In this document: positions 43,586-58,464 of the stretch, in pieces | Position numbering within the stretch: position 1 is the stretch's first letter | Layout: each line of letters begins with the position of its first letter | Assembly (NCBI GenBank): GCA_000004695.1 | Contig: CM000151.3 | Location: 5,792,001 to 5,856,000, forward strand | DNA from: Dictyostelium discoideum | Lineage: Eukaryota | Length of the DNA: 64,000 nucleotides | Reading direction: 5' to 3' | The notes under the pieces: model-generated | Seen by the model: the letters and a program-made list of their open reading frames with translations, nothing else | What the model was told of the DNA's origin: nothing | The model's database searches: none | Made by a program: the position numbers and the translations under genes

Positions 43586-46483
43586 ATGATAAGATCATCA
43601 ATAAAAAATAAAATAACAACAACAAAAAGTTTATCATGTATTTCATTAATAAATAGACAATATGGTACATCAACAAAAGAAGTACGTGAAACATTTTTAA
43701 ATTATTTTGAAAAAAATGGTCATAAAAGATTACCAAGTGGTAGTTTATTACCATATAATGATAATTCATTATTATTTACAAATGCAGGTAAAGTTTATTA
43801 ATATATAAATATATTTTTTTAAATCATAAAATTAATTATTAATATAAATAATATATTAAATATGATTTTTTTTTTAAAAAAAAAAGGTATGGTACAATTT
43901 AAAAATCAATTTACAGGTAATGAAGAATCAAAATATAAAAAAGTTACAACATCACAAAAATGTGTTAGAGCAGGTGGTAAACATAATGATTTAGATAATG
44001 TTGGATATACAGCAAGACATCATACATTTTTTGAAATGTTGGGTAATTTTTCATTTGGAGGATATAATCATTTTAAAAGAGATTCAATTCAACATGCATG
44101 GGATTTATTGACAAAAGAATATGGTTTACCAAAAGAGAGATTAGCAATTTCAGTTTTAGAGGGTGATGAAGAATCAGCAGAAATTTGGAGAAATCAAATT
44201 GGATTACCAAATGATAAGATTATGTATAAAGGTAGAGAGGATAATTTTTGGTCAATGGGTGATGGTCCTGGACCATGTGGACCATGTTCAGAAATATTTT
44301 GGGATCATGGTAAAGAAGTTGATGGTGAAAGATATTTAGAGATTTGGAATCTCGTTTTTATGCAATATAATAAGAGTGGTAAAGAAGGTGATGAGATGCC
44401 AGTTGACAAATTACCAATACCTTGTGTTGATACAGGTATGGGTTTAGAAAGAATGGCATCGGTTTTACAAGGTAAATTTACAAATTACGATATTGATTTA
44501 TTTCAAAATTTAATTAATTCATTCAAAGAGATTGTAACAATGGATGTTGGTAGAGCACAATTTCAACTTCAACAAGATCCACAAAGAGTTGAAACTGCCT
44601 ACAGAGTGATTGCTGACCATCTAAGATCAATTTCATTTTTAATTTCAGATGGTGTAATTCCATTCAATATTGGTAGAGGTTATGTATTAAGAAAAATTAT
44701 TAGACGTGCATTATCCTATGGTAAAATTTTAGGTTTTAATGGACCTTTTCTCTCAACTTTATTCCCATTATTAGAGAGGGAAATGGGTGATATTTATCCA
44801 CAATTAATTGAACGTTCAAATGAAATTAGAAATGTTATTCTAAATGAAGAGGGTACATTTTATAATGCAATTCAAAGAGGTATACCTTATTTAGAGGAAT
44901 TTGTTCAACAAAATAAATTAAATGAAGAATCATTATTTTTACTTTATAATACTTATGGTTTACCATTGGAAATGTCTCAAGTTAAAGCTAAACAAAATAA
45001 TATTGAAATTGATATGGATAAAGTTAATAAACTTATAGATGAAACTAGAGAACAATCAAGATTAACTTGGAATACATCATCATCATCAAGTGATCAAACT
45101 ACTCAACAAACTACTCAATTACCAGAGAAAACATTTTTATCATGGAAAAGTGATAATATTAAACCAAAATTCATTGGATATAATGGATGTGTTGAAAATG
45201 ATAATTCAAAAGTTTTAAGATCTCACTTTGACAATGATAGTCATTTGGTTTATTTATCATTAGATGAAACTCCATTCTATGGTACTTCAGGTGGTCAAGT
45301 TGGTGATGTTGGTGAATTAATCAATGTTTCAAGTGGTAAAAATGTTTATCGTGTAATTAATACAATTAAACCATATGAAGGTGGTTTAGTTTTAGTAGTT
45401 GAATGGGATCCTTCACAACAATTGGCTTCACAGGTTTATCAAGATTTAAAACAAGATTCATTATTGAATTGTAGAGTGGATCGTTCAATTAGAAATCAAG
45501 TTGCTGTTCATCATAGTGCTACTCATTTGCTACATGCAGCATTAAGAAATGTAATTGGCAAAAGTGTAGTTCAAGCTGGTTCATTGGTTGGTAGTGAATC
45601 ATTACGTTTCGATTTCACACATGGTCAAAAATTAACACCAAATCAAATTGAACAAATTGAACAATGGGTAAATGATGCAATTGCCAAAGATATAGCTTTG
45701 AATACCGATGAAATTCCATATGAACAAGCATCTAAAAATAGTGATACCCTTCAATTATTTAGTGAAAAGTATAGTGAATTGGTACGTGTTGTTAGTATAC
45801 CTGGATTCTCTAAGGAGCTCTGTGGTGGTACACATGTTGAACGTTCATCTTCAATTCATCAATTTAAAATTATAAGTGAAAGTAGTGTAGCAGCAGGAAC
45901 TCGTAGAATTGAAGCAGTGGCAGGTTTAGCAGCAACAAACTTTTTCAAAAATCATTATCAATTAGTTCATCAATTATCAAATAGTATAAATTCGCCAATA
46001 GTTAATTTCCAACAATCATTTGAACGTTTGGTAAATACAAATTCAAAACAAGAAAAAGAAATTTTCGATCTAAAATTAAAGATTGCTCAACTTTCATCTG
46101 TAAATTATAATGGTCAATACAAATCTGATAATGGTGGTGAAATGATACCTTTATCATTACATATTATCGATTGTGAAGATAAAAAAGCATTTACAAAAGT
46201 AACTGAAAACTTTGCAAAAGAATTCTCTTCATCACCAATTCAATTAACAATTAGTAAAGGTGGAAAAGTTTTATGTCAATTATTATCATCATCATCATCC
46301 TCATCCTCCTCATTATCAGCTGATACAGTTTTAAAACAATTATTTAAATCAATTGGTATGGGAAAAGGTGGTGGAAATAAATTAATGGCAAATGCTTCAA
46401 TTCAACCATTAAATAATGAAATTTTAAATTCAATTTTAAATTGGTCAAATGTTAACAACAATTATAATAATAAAAAAAATTAA
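43586..46483 (+). CDS. malaS: alanine--tRNA ligase, probable mitochondrial isoform; exons 43586..43787 and 43887..46483
   Basis: N-terminal presequence-like [28 protein letters not shown]. The class-II AlaRS motifs FTNAG|MVQFKNQF (split by a 99-nt GTAAAG…AG intron, phase 1), [35 protein letters not shown], the editing-domain [16 protein letters not shown], and a C-terminal [11 protein letters not shown] (DHHA1-like) region are present. Confidence 0.85.
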
Positions 46484-46828
46484 TTTTATTTTATACTTCT
46501 CTTTTTTTTTTGGAAAAGTTATTAAAAAAAAAAGTTGATCTGATGAGTATTTTTTTCATTTCAGCAATGATTTAATTTTATTTATTTTTAATTTGATTTA
46601 GCGTATATAAATAGGACACACAAAAACACACAAGTGATATATATATAAAAAAAAAAAAAATGAATGTAACCATTCTGTTTATTAGTTGAATAACATTCAA
46701 AAAATTTCACATAAAAAAAAAAAATATTTTTTAATTTTTTTTTTTAATTTTTTTTTTAATTTTTTTTTTTTAAATCTCAAACAAACACATTTAAAAGAGC
46801 GAATCAGAGTTCTTTTGTTCATTTTAAA

Positions 46829-49800
46829 ATGCAAAAAATAAAAGAGGGGTACAGGAGGAGACATGATTATATCATTCCTAAATTTATATCCTTTCAATCT
46901 GGATATCTCGATTTCTCATTTTATCAAGTATCGCTAAAAAATGTGAAGTATCTCGATTTATCATCGTATTATCAATTACACGCACCAAGAAGATTTCGAA
47001 AAATTGTGGAGTATCTAAATTTATCATATGGTCAATTACTCACACTAGGAACATTGCCAAAATATGTGATGTCTCTCGATTTATCATCATATAATCAACT
47101 ATTCACACCAGGAAGATTGCCAATTAGGGTGTCTCTCGATTTATCATCATATAATCAACTATTCACACCAGGAAGATTGCCAGATACTGTGGATTATCTC
47201 AAATTATCATCCTATAATCAACTATTCACACCAGGAACATTGCCAAATCATATGGTTTATCTCAATTTATCATCCTATAATCAACCATTAACACCTGGAA
47301 CATTACCAAATAAGGTGAAGTATCTCGTTTTATCATCGTATAATCAATTACTCACACCTGGAACATTACCAAATAATGTGAAGTATGTCGATTTATCATC
47401 ATATAATAAATTACTCACACCTGAAACATTACCAAATAAGGTGAAGTATCTCGTTTTATCATCGTATGATCAATTACTCACACCTGGAACATTACCAAAT
47501 AATGTGAAGTGTGTCGATTTATCATCATATGATAAATTACTCACACCTGGAACATTACCAAATAATGTGAAGTATGTCGATTTATCATCATATAATAAAT
47601 TACTCACACCTAGAACATTACCAAATAATGTGGAGTGTCTCGTTTTATCATCGTATAATCAATTACTCACACCTGGAATATTGCCAAATTATGTGAAGTA
47701 TCTCGATATATCATCATATAATCAATTACTCACACCTGGAACATTGTCAAATAATGTAGAGTATCTCGATTTATCATCATATAATCAAGTACTCGCACCT
47801 AAAACTATTCCAAATAATGTTAAGTGTCTCGATTGTCCATCTTATAAGCAATCACTCATATCTGAAACATTTCCCAATAGGGTTGGAGATCTCGAATTAT
47901 CCGATCACCCAAAACATGTCAATGATAACTGGGAAATTATTAAACCTCAAAAGAATATATCAGAAAATAAAGTTTATTATACCACCAAACATAAAAATGT
48001 AAGCATAATTATTTAAAATCACTTTAAATTTCCTCCAATCATTCAAATTAAATTTAATTAACCCATTGTTAATAGGCCAAGATTATAGATGTTTTAAATA
48101 TTTGCAAATGCTCTCTAAAGTTATATGGATATGTTAAAGATAGAAATAACGAATTTAACATTTATTTCGAATATATTGATAAAGCAATTCCATTATCTAG
48201 GTTATTGGAAAAGCTCAATAAAAAAGAACAATTTATTGTAGCTACTGAAATAATCAAATCAATAAAGAGTATTCATGAAATGGGTATAATTCATTTTGAT
48301 ATTAAATGCCAAAATATTCTTATTCTTTATGATGAAAATGAAAAAATGTTACCGACAGATTTTATTAAGATAATTGGCTTTGACCATTCAACATTAGATT
48401 CAGAAGTAAATTCAAATATTATTGGTGTAACAGAAACTCATATGGCGCCAGAAATTAAATTAAAAAATGGTAAATTAGGTTATAAATCAGATATCTGGAG
48501 TTTAGGTTGTACATTAATTGAAATTGTAGGTGGTAACCTAAAATTACTAGATATTAATGGTATTCCTTTAATTCCTGATCATTTATCAAATCTTTTTAAA
48601 AACACTATCCAACATTGTTTACAAATCAATCCAAATGCTAGATTCAATGCCAATGAATTGTACAACTATGTAATTAAAGACAGCATAATGGAACCAATAG
48701 AACCAATTTACCTTCCCAATCAATGTACCAATTTACCATTATTCAATGAGGTAATTGTTCCATCAGGTTTTTTTGGTATAAAATATTTAGAATTACAAGC
48801 CTACAATCAACCAATTGATAGTATATTTATCTTTAATGGTGTAGAGTATTTAATATTACAATCATTCAACCATCCTTTAGGTCCAGGTATATTACCAGAA
48901 AGTATTAAGTATTTAAAACTACCATCCTTTAACCATCCTCTTAAAGAAGGATCAATTCCTCGATCAGTAATACACCTTGTATTTAATAAATTTAATCAAT
49001 TTTCTCTAGATGAAATAAACTTAATTCTTCCAAAATTTTTAGACTTTGGTGATGCATTCGATATTGAAAAATATGGGATTTTAATTCCTGAAGATTCAAT
49101 CCTAACACTAAGAACTGGATTTACATTTAACCAACCCATTAATCAAAGATACATCCCTTCTTCAGTTACAGATCTACAATTATACAACTACAATTTAAAA
49201 ATACTACCCCATAGTATTCCTCGGTCAATAATAATGCTAACACTCGGTTCAAATTTCACTCACTTTGAATCATTATCAAATCTTCCATCATCAATTATCA
49301 ATTTGACATTCGGTTTCAAAAACAATTTTAAAATAGCGGAGTTAAAAAAATATATACCATCACATATCACATCAATAAACATCAATGGTAAAATAGTTAA
49401 TTTTAAAAAATCATCACCTTTAAACACATTTAATCAATCGACAGATAATATATTAAATAATAATGAGCATTTTAAGGAGGATTGGGAAATTATTTCAACA
49501 TTAGGAAGTGGCAATTTTGGAAAAGTATTTAAGGCAAGAAAAATCAATGGAATCATAAATGGATCAAAAGTATCGTTGTGTGCAATAAAAAAAATTGAAA
49601 AAAAAGATAAATTAAAAATTGTATGTATTCATATGAAAATTATATTTTTTTTAAAAACACTAACATTAAAAAACAATTAAATTTTAAAATAGAAATTATC
49701 AACAGAGGTTGAGATTTTAAATAAATTAAAAGATAATGAACATTCAATGAAATACTATGGTTATGGATACGATGAAGATGATAATCTATTTATTTATACA

Positions 49801-51021
49801 GAATACATTGAAGGTTCCACATCTATTTCAGACCTAATAAAAAAAAAACCAAATAATAGATTTGAAGAGGAAGAAATAAAATCTTTAATGATTAAAATTG
49901 TCAAAGCGCTAAGTAAAATTCACGAATCAGGTGTTATTCATCGTGATATTAAAAGTGATCACATCATTTTGGCTCAAGATAAAAATAATGAAACCATTGT
50001 AAAATTCATAGATTTTGGATTATCAAAACAAATTGAAAAGAATTCAAAGTATTATTCATTTGTAGGTACAGATTCACACATGGCACCAGAAGTTAAATTA
50101 CAAAATGGTAAAGCAGGTAGTAAATCCGATATTTTTTGTATAGGTTGCACAATGATTGAAATGGCTGGTTTGAATTTGTGCCATTCTGAAAGAGATGATA
50201 AAGGTATACCCTCAATACCAACACACCTATCCAATTCATTCAAAAATATAATTCAAAATTGTTTAAAGTTTGACACAAACGCTAGGCATAGTGTTGAAAG
50301 TTTAATTATTACCTTGTCTAATGTAAGGGTTAAATATAAATTACAAAGAAAGAAACCCATTCTAATTTTTTTTTAAAAATTTGTAAAAAATTTTATCTAG
50401 ATTCAAATTGAAGGCGATTCAGTATTTGAAAAGTATTTATCACCAAATTTAAAGAAATTAGAATTAAAAACCAATGAACCAATTTTATTAGGATCAATTG
50501 GTAATGAAATAAACTACCTTTCATTACCAATTTATAACCAAATGATAACACCAGGAGCTTTACCACCATCTGTTCAATATCTCTTATTTAATAAATTAAA
50601 TCAATACCTTGAATGTGATTCAATACCAGAATCAGTTAAATATTTAGATTTAGGTAATGAATTTGACATTGAAAAAAATGGAATTAATCTTTCAAACGAA
50701 TCAATATTAGTACTTAGATGTGGTTTTAATTTTACACAACCAGTTAGCCAAAGACTCCTACCTTATTCTGTAACAGATTTACAATTATACAACTATAATA
50801 TTAATTTAAAAAGAAACAGTATTCCAACATTAGTTACATCGCTCACTCTTGGTTCAAATTTCACAAACATCGAATCCCTTTCATTTCTTCCCGAAAATGT
50901 CAATAGTTTAGCAATAGGTATTAAAGATGAAGATGAAAAACTAACCAAAGAAATAGAAAAAATAATACAAACAAAAAAAAGCATTACCTCCTTTAAAATA
51001 AATGGAATACAAAGAAATTAA
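46829..51021 (+). CDS. FNIP-repeat protein containing two tandem protein-kinase modules (first degenerate/pseudokinase, second catalytically intact); exons 46829..47998, 48076..49620, 49693..50322, 50401..51021
   Basis: Four blocks of 22-aa FNIP repeats (…LSSYNQLLTPGTLPNNVKYLDLSSYN…; …SFNHPL…, …TFNQPI…). Module 1: WEII, but with no Gly-loop or VAIK, HFDIKCQNILI (HRD to HFD), GFD in place of DFG, retained HMAPEIK and SDIWSLGCTLIE. Module 2: GSGNFGKVF, CAIKK, HRDIKSDHIIL, DFGLSK, HMAPEV, SDIFCIGCTMIE. Introns: GTAAGC (47999)…AG (48075), 77 nt; GTATGT (49621)…AG (49692), 72 nt; GTAAGG (50323)…AG (50400), 78 nt. All are phase 0, and the ORF is continuous between kinase 1 and kinase 2. Confidence 0.6.
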
Positions 51022-51230
51022 TAAATTATTTAATATTTATTTATATTTTTCTTTGTTTTTTTTAAAATTATTTTGATGAAAAACTAACGTAATAAATAGA
51101 AAAAATAACAAAAACAAAAAAAAAAAAAGTATTACCTCTTTCAAAATAAATGGAATACAAATAAATTAATAAAATTATTTAATATTTATTTATATTTTTC
51201 TTTGTTTTTTTTTAAAATTATTTTGATTTT
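50981..51230. repeat. ~110-bp tandem duplication covering the 3' end and stop of the FNIP-kinase gene and its 3' flank
   Basis: aaagcattacctcctttaaaataaatggaatacaaagaaattaataaattatttaatatttatttatatttttctttgttttttttaaaattattttgat (50981..51085) is repeated with 3 substitutions at 51118..51225. Confidence 0.7.
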
Positions 51231-52030
51231 AAAATTAAATGTTTATCAATTGGTGAAAGTTTTTGATAATTATGAGATTGCATTATAAAGGATGGACTTA
51301 AAAATAAAACATTTGGATATTTTTGTTTTGTAATATCAAATAAACGATCCCATACAGTTTTATCAGTGATAATAAATTTGGTTGAATTTGTTGGAATTGA
51401 AGAAATTGAACCTTTATATGCTGTAATTAAACGAACAATATTCTTTCTTAAAGCTTCATCTTTTACGCTAAGATAAAATTCAAATCCCTCAAAAAATGAT
51501 GGAAGTGGATTTAAAATATCTAAATTGAAAGAAGAAAAAAAAAAAAAAATTAGATACTAAACTTTTTGAATTATAAAATATAAATATTATTTTAAACTTA
51601 CATTCTTTGCCCTTAAAATCGTGTGGGTTATTCTTTGGTAATTGAGTTGAACATTTTTCTGGAATAATAGAATCTTTGACTTGGTTTTTATTTGTAGTTG
51701 ATTGTGATGATTGTTGTGATAGTGATGATTTTTTACTATTGCCTTCCAAATAATCGTCAGTTGTTGATTTATTTGGAGAAGTTGGTCCATTTATTGTTGA
51801 TTTATTATTATTCTTACTATTATTTTTATTATTGCTGTTTTCATTATTTTCATTATCATTGCCATTATTATAATTATTTACAAGTCTATCAATTTCTTCT
51901 TTAATTTGTTCAGGTGTCATTAATACTGTATCATGATTATCAAATAATGAATCATCATCAAATTCGTCAAGTTTTTGTTGTTTTGGTTTATATGAAATCT
52001 TTTCTTCTTTTTCTTTTTTATCTTTGTTTT

Positions 52031-52062
<32 letters not shown>

Positions 52063-52937
52063 GTTGTTAATTGGGATTCATCATCATTATCATTATTATT
52101 TGTTTTATTCTTACTGCTACCGCTACTACTACTATTACTATTATTATTATTATTATTATTATAATCATATTCTTCATTATAATATTTGTTTGGTTTATAA
52201 GAAGGTGAAGATTTATAAGTATTATTATTATTATTATCAGATGAATGATGATTTTTTTGTTTTTTATGATATGGATTATGTTGAATTAAATCTCTATCAG
52301 GTTTATAACCATAAGTTCTTTTTAAATAATCCAAACCATCATTTAAGAGATCATCAACATTTTCATGAACATGATCATCCAAATGATCAGGATCTTTTTC
52401 TTTATCATCATCGGAAGCTTCAGATGAAGAGAAACTATTATCAATGAAACCATCATTGTAATCATAAACATTTGGTATATGACTATCATCATCACTATCA
52501 TCTGAACCTGGTGCACCTTTCTTTTTTCTTTTTTTACTTGTTGAATCTGTACTAATGGTTTTCTTTGCTTTTTTAGCTGATGCTATCTTTTCTGCTATAT
52601 CATCTTGTTGACCATCACTATCACTATGGTCATCTTGGAATGTATAGTTTTTAATTGGTAATCTTGATTTCAATTTATAACAATCTTCAATCCATTTTGG
52701 TTTAATTATTGAACCACCTGATTTTTGTGCAATTTTAAATTTATCTGTACCCCTAAATGGTGTCACTAGATGAGTTGCCTCTCTACACCAATCTGGTTTA
52801 TATCCAGCTCCCATCTCTAATGCTTTTTCACGAATTTCACCTCTTTGTGGATTTTGAATACCACCAATTACTAATACTACTCCTTTCTATATAAAGAAAT
52901 TTAAAAAAAAAAAAAAAAATTTAAAATTAATTATAAT

Positions 52938-52981
<44 letters not shown>

Positions 52982-53150
52982 TTTAATTATACATACTAAT
53001 AAATTACCGAATGGTGTTAATTTTTGTTGTTGTTTTGGTGTTGCAATAATTTGTAAATCATCACATTCTTCATCTGTTTCACCATCATTTGTATTTGTTA
53101 ATTTTTCTAATGATTTTCTATCAGTTGATTTAGTTTGATTTTCATTTTTA

Positions 53151-53188
<38 letters not shown>

Positions 53189-54253
53189 AATTTTAATATC
53201 TTGCATACTATCATCTTCATCACTTTGTTTTGGTTCAACTAATTTTGATTTTTGTTTTTGTTGTTGTGATGATTGTTGTGATGATTGTTGTGATGATTGT
53301 TTTTTTTGTTGTTGATCTAATTTTTTCTTAATTTCAATTTTCTCTTCTTCATCTTCTTCTTCAGTTTCAATTTCTTTTTCAGGTTCTTTATTTACACCTT
53401 TTGATTTTGATTTTTGATTAATAACTAAAACTTGACCAGGTAATGGATTTGATAACATTACAGTTGCAGATTTTGATAATTTCTTTGGTGTTGAAGAATT
53501 TGATCTCTTTAACTCTGGAATAAAGTTTAAAATTTGAGTTTTATCTGATTTCAATGGAATGTTTGGTTCAGATTCAAAACTTGTATCCATTAAATTTGAA
53601 GCTGATGTATCTGTTAAATCAATTTCATTGGAGATATCACCCAATTTCTCTGATTTTATTTGAGGTGTGACATTATTATTATTTGATGACGATGATGATA
53701 ATTTGGTTGTTGTTATTGTTGGTGTTGGTGTTGGTGTTGGTGTTGTTTTTGAAGGTGGTGCATAAATTTTAACTAATGAAATACCAAGATTATCATCTAA
53801 CCATGGTTGTGAACAAACAATTCTAACTCTTTCCCATTTTCTTGGTACTGTTTGTGATGAAAAATTACTAGTATTAAATGATTTCATACGATTTCTATTG
53901 GTTTTATTTGTAGTTTCACTTAGTGACATGAAATTGGTTAATGGTACCAATACTAAGAATTCTGTTGGCTCCCATGTAACTAATCCAACCAATACCTCTA
54001 TGAATGCTGATCCTGCATTTGTAATATCAATTTGATGAATTAAACTTGGTGTTGGAAATTGTAAATCTATAAATGCTTTACCTGTTTTATCTTTAGTTTG
54101 CCATATTCTATATGTATCATCCAATAAAACATTTGATGATTTATTATATTCACTCTCTGATGAACAACATGATACACTTAAATCAATTAATCTTGGTGGT
54201 TTTATTGGTGTTTGTGTCTGTACTTGTGTTTGTGTTATTATTTTTGTTGTCAT
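51218..54253 (-). CDS. xrcc1: XRCC1 homolog (DNA single-strand-break repair scaffold): N-terminal XRCC1_N domain, BRCT1 and BRCT2; exons 54253..52997, 52886..51602, 51519..51218
   Basis: The N-terminal domain aligns with human XRCC1: DTYRIWQTKDKTGKAFIDLQFPTPSLIHQIDITNAGSAFIEVLVG vs DTYRKWRAAKAGEKTISVVLQLEKEEQIHSVDIGNDGSAFVEVLVG, and RVRIVCSQPW vs RVKIVCSQPY. BRCT1 is KGVVLVIGGIQNPQRGEIREKALEMGAGYKPDWCREATHLV…W. A GTATGT donor (52996 down) and AG (52888/7) give a 110-nt intron containing (ATT)n. A GTAAGT donor (51601 down) and AG (51521/0) give an 82-nt intron leading into BRCT2 (FEGFEFYLSVKDEALRKNIVRLITAYKGSISS…KFIITDKTVWDRLF…). Phases match (0/0 and 1/2). Confidence 0.75.
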
Positions 54254-54436
54254 TTTATTAAAAATAATAATAATAAAAAAATAAATAAAAAAGATTATGA
54301 CAAAGATTTTATTGTTAAAAAAAAAAAAAAAAAAAAAAAATATTGTTGAAAAATAAAAAATTAAAAAAAAAAAAAAAAAAAAATTGATTTTTTTATTTTC
54401 TCAGAAAATAGTCTTTTCAGAATAAGATCATGGCTT

Positions 54437-54470
<34 letters not shown>

Positions 54471-54611
54471 AAATCTATATAGAATGAAATAAAAATCAAA
54501 AATAAATAAATAAAATAAAACAAATTAAAAAATAAAAAAACAAAACCAATCAATTCCCAAAATAGTTTTTTTTTAAAAATAGTTTTTTATATTTATAATT
54601 TATAATATAAA

Positions 54612-55506
<895 letters not shown>

Positions 55507-55866
55507 TTTAATTTTTTCAAAACACACATTTAAAAAAAAAAAAAAAAAAAAAAATTAAAAAAAAAATAAAAAATAAAAAATAAAAAATAAAAAAAAAAGT
55601 GAAAATATTAATAAATTAATTAATTTAAAAAATAAAATAAAAAAAAAAAAATAAAAAATCGAATCTCTTAATGTTTTTTAAAAAAAAAAAAAAAAAGCAG
55701 ATATTATTTTGTTTTATATATAAACTTTTAAAATGTGTTTAGAAAAAAAAAAAAAAAAAAAATAACACCCCACACACAAAAAAATTTGTTTATTTTTTTA
55801 ATTATTTTATTTTTATTTTCATTTTCATTTTAATTTTAATTTTTTATTTTATTTATTGATATTTAA

Positions 55867-58431
55867 TTAATCAAATTTAATATTAAAAATACGAACTGAA
55901 TGATCGACACTACAAGTAACGATTTGATAAGTTAATGAATTACCATTAATGGTTGGAGTATCTCTCCAACGAATTCTTCTAACATCTAAAGTGTGGGAGA
56001 TTAATGGTGAAATTGTATGAACACAAGTCCAATCCAAAGATTTTGGATTTGAAGTTGAGGTGGTGGATTTCCAAATTGTGATTTTACCATCATCCTCACC
56101 AACTGCCAATAAATGGTCACCATGTTCACCAGTGAATTTTGAAGATTTTGGAGCAAATTCAACACAAGTCACACCTGAACCAAATGCTGGTAATGTTGAA
56201 GCGCAGGCATTCTTTATGTCTTTAATATTGTCAAGATTCCAGACTTTTACCAACTTATCACGAGCACCAGTTGCAAAGAATTTATCATCATGACTCCAAC
56301 TTCCTGACCAAATGATACGACCATGTGACTTTGGTGCACTTATAACTTTGACAAATGGCTCCTCACTGTTTGAAGCAGAACGTTCCCAGAGTGTCCACAT
56401 ACGATCTCTACTTACACCCAATAGATATTTACTATTATGAGAGAATGATAAATTTACAACGGTAAGGGTATGACCTTTCAAGTTGGCACACTCTTTCCAA
56501 TTCGATACATTCCAAATACGAACTGTTGCTTGATCAGCTGATGATGCTCTACATGTTGATGCTAAATACATACCATCGGCACTACATGCAACTGCAACAA
56601 TTTCATTACCATGACCATAGAATTTATGAATTTCAGGCCAAAGACTTGATTGTAATAAATGTTCTTCAAATGGTGGTTCACTTAATACCTCTGGATTAAA
56701 TGGTATTTCATCTTCAAAATAACCAGTATCCATACCCTCACCACCACCACCCTCATCACCACCACCCATCTTCATTTTAATTGAATCTTCTGTATTTTCT
56801 TCACCATTACCATTATTATTATTATTATTATTATTATTATCTATATTTTCATTATAATCAGAACCACCTGTAAAATATGGTTTATTTGATAAACCTAATG
56901 ATGGTTGATTTGCAGCTAGTGGTCTTTGAGTACCATCATTCACAGGTTGAACTTTTGAAATATTTAATAGAGTATCAACAAAATTTTGAGAACCAACAAA
57001 TGCTCTCATAATTTTCTCTTCTGCACCTGAAACTATAACATGAGTTTTCTTATTAATAAAAGTGAAGCATTCTAAATCATAACCATGAATTTGTGGTCTA
57101 GCAATTTCATTCCATGAAATTATTTGTTGTTCTTTATTATTTTCTAAATTATTATTATTATTATTACGTTTCCACTCACTAAATAAACGTAAAGTTCTAT
57201 CTGTACTACATGAAATGAAATAACTATAATCTGGTGACCACATTAAATCTTGAACTGGACCAAAATGACCACTAACTACAATTTGTGGCTCCCAAAATGA
57301 TGATTTTTGATTTGTATTTTGTTTCCAAAAATGAAAAGCACCATTGTAACCATGTGAAAGGATATATTGAGAACATGGTGAGAAAACAGCACCATATTGA
57401 CCTAGAATATTACCACCCATATCACCAACTCTAGATTCGTCAATCCAAATACCAGTTGTACGATCTGGTCTCCATACGATTGCAGTTTTATCCATTGATG
57501 CTGAAATTAACATTTGTTCTTGAATTTTCTTACCAGTTTCTTGATCCCTTCTAGCTGGTGACCAATGAATTGAGTAAACCCAATCATCATGACCTGATAA
57601 AACTGCATCCAATAATATTATATACTTTACTGAATTACAATTGAATAAATAACCTTTAGTACTTAATGAAGTTACACCACTTAATTGTGTAGATAATGAT
57701 CCTAATAAATTGGCACCACCATTACCACTTTCATCCAATTGTTGTTGTTTTTGTTTCTCTGCTGTAAATTTAGAAATTTTCCATAATCTAATTTTAAAAT
57801 CTTGTGATGATGATGCTAATATTAATTCTTCTTCCTCTCCCTCTCCCTCTCCCTCATTAATTGTTTTAAATGATAATGATCTAATCCAATCTTGATGACC
57901 TTGTAATGACATTAATTTTTTAAATTGTAATGTTGCTGTGGTTGAATCTAAATTTTGAATATAAATATGAATTTTTGGTTCTAAACCACCAACTGCTAAT
58001 AATGGTATGGTTGTACCTGGAATGAAAGCAAGACTTGAACATTCCATACATTTTGGTGTGAAATCAATGGTTTGAATACATTCCCATTTTGGTAATGTAT
58101 CTGTATCTATGTTTTCTTTTGTTAATGATTCTCTTCTCCAAAGTTTAACTGTATTATCTGCTGATGTTGAACACATTAATAATGATCCATCTGGAAAATC
58201 TAAAACTGAAATATTGGTAACACTATCACTATGTCCTTTTAAAACTTCAACTACTTTATATTGATAATTTAATCCACCTTTAATTTGTTTCCATGATATA
58301 ATTGTATTATCTGATGAACATGATAATAATTCATTTTCATAACTAGAATATCTATTTTTATATTCTATTAATTAAAAAAAAAAAAAAATTAAAAAAAAAA
58401 TTAATAATTGAGAAGTGTGTGTGAATGTGTG

Positions 58432-58464
<33 letters not shown>

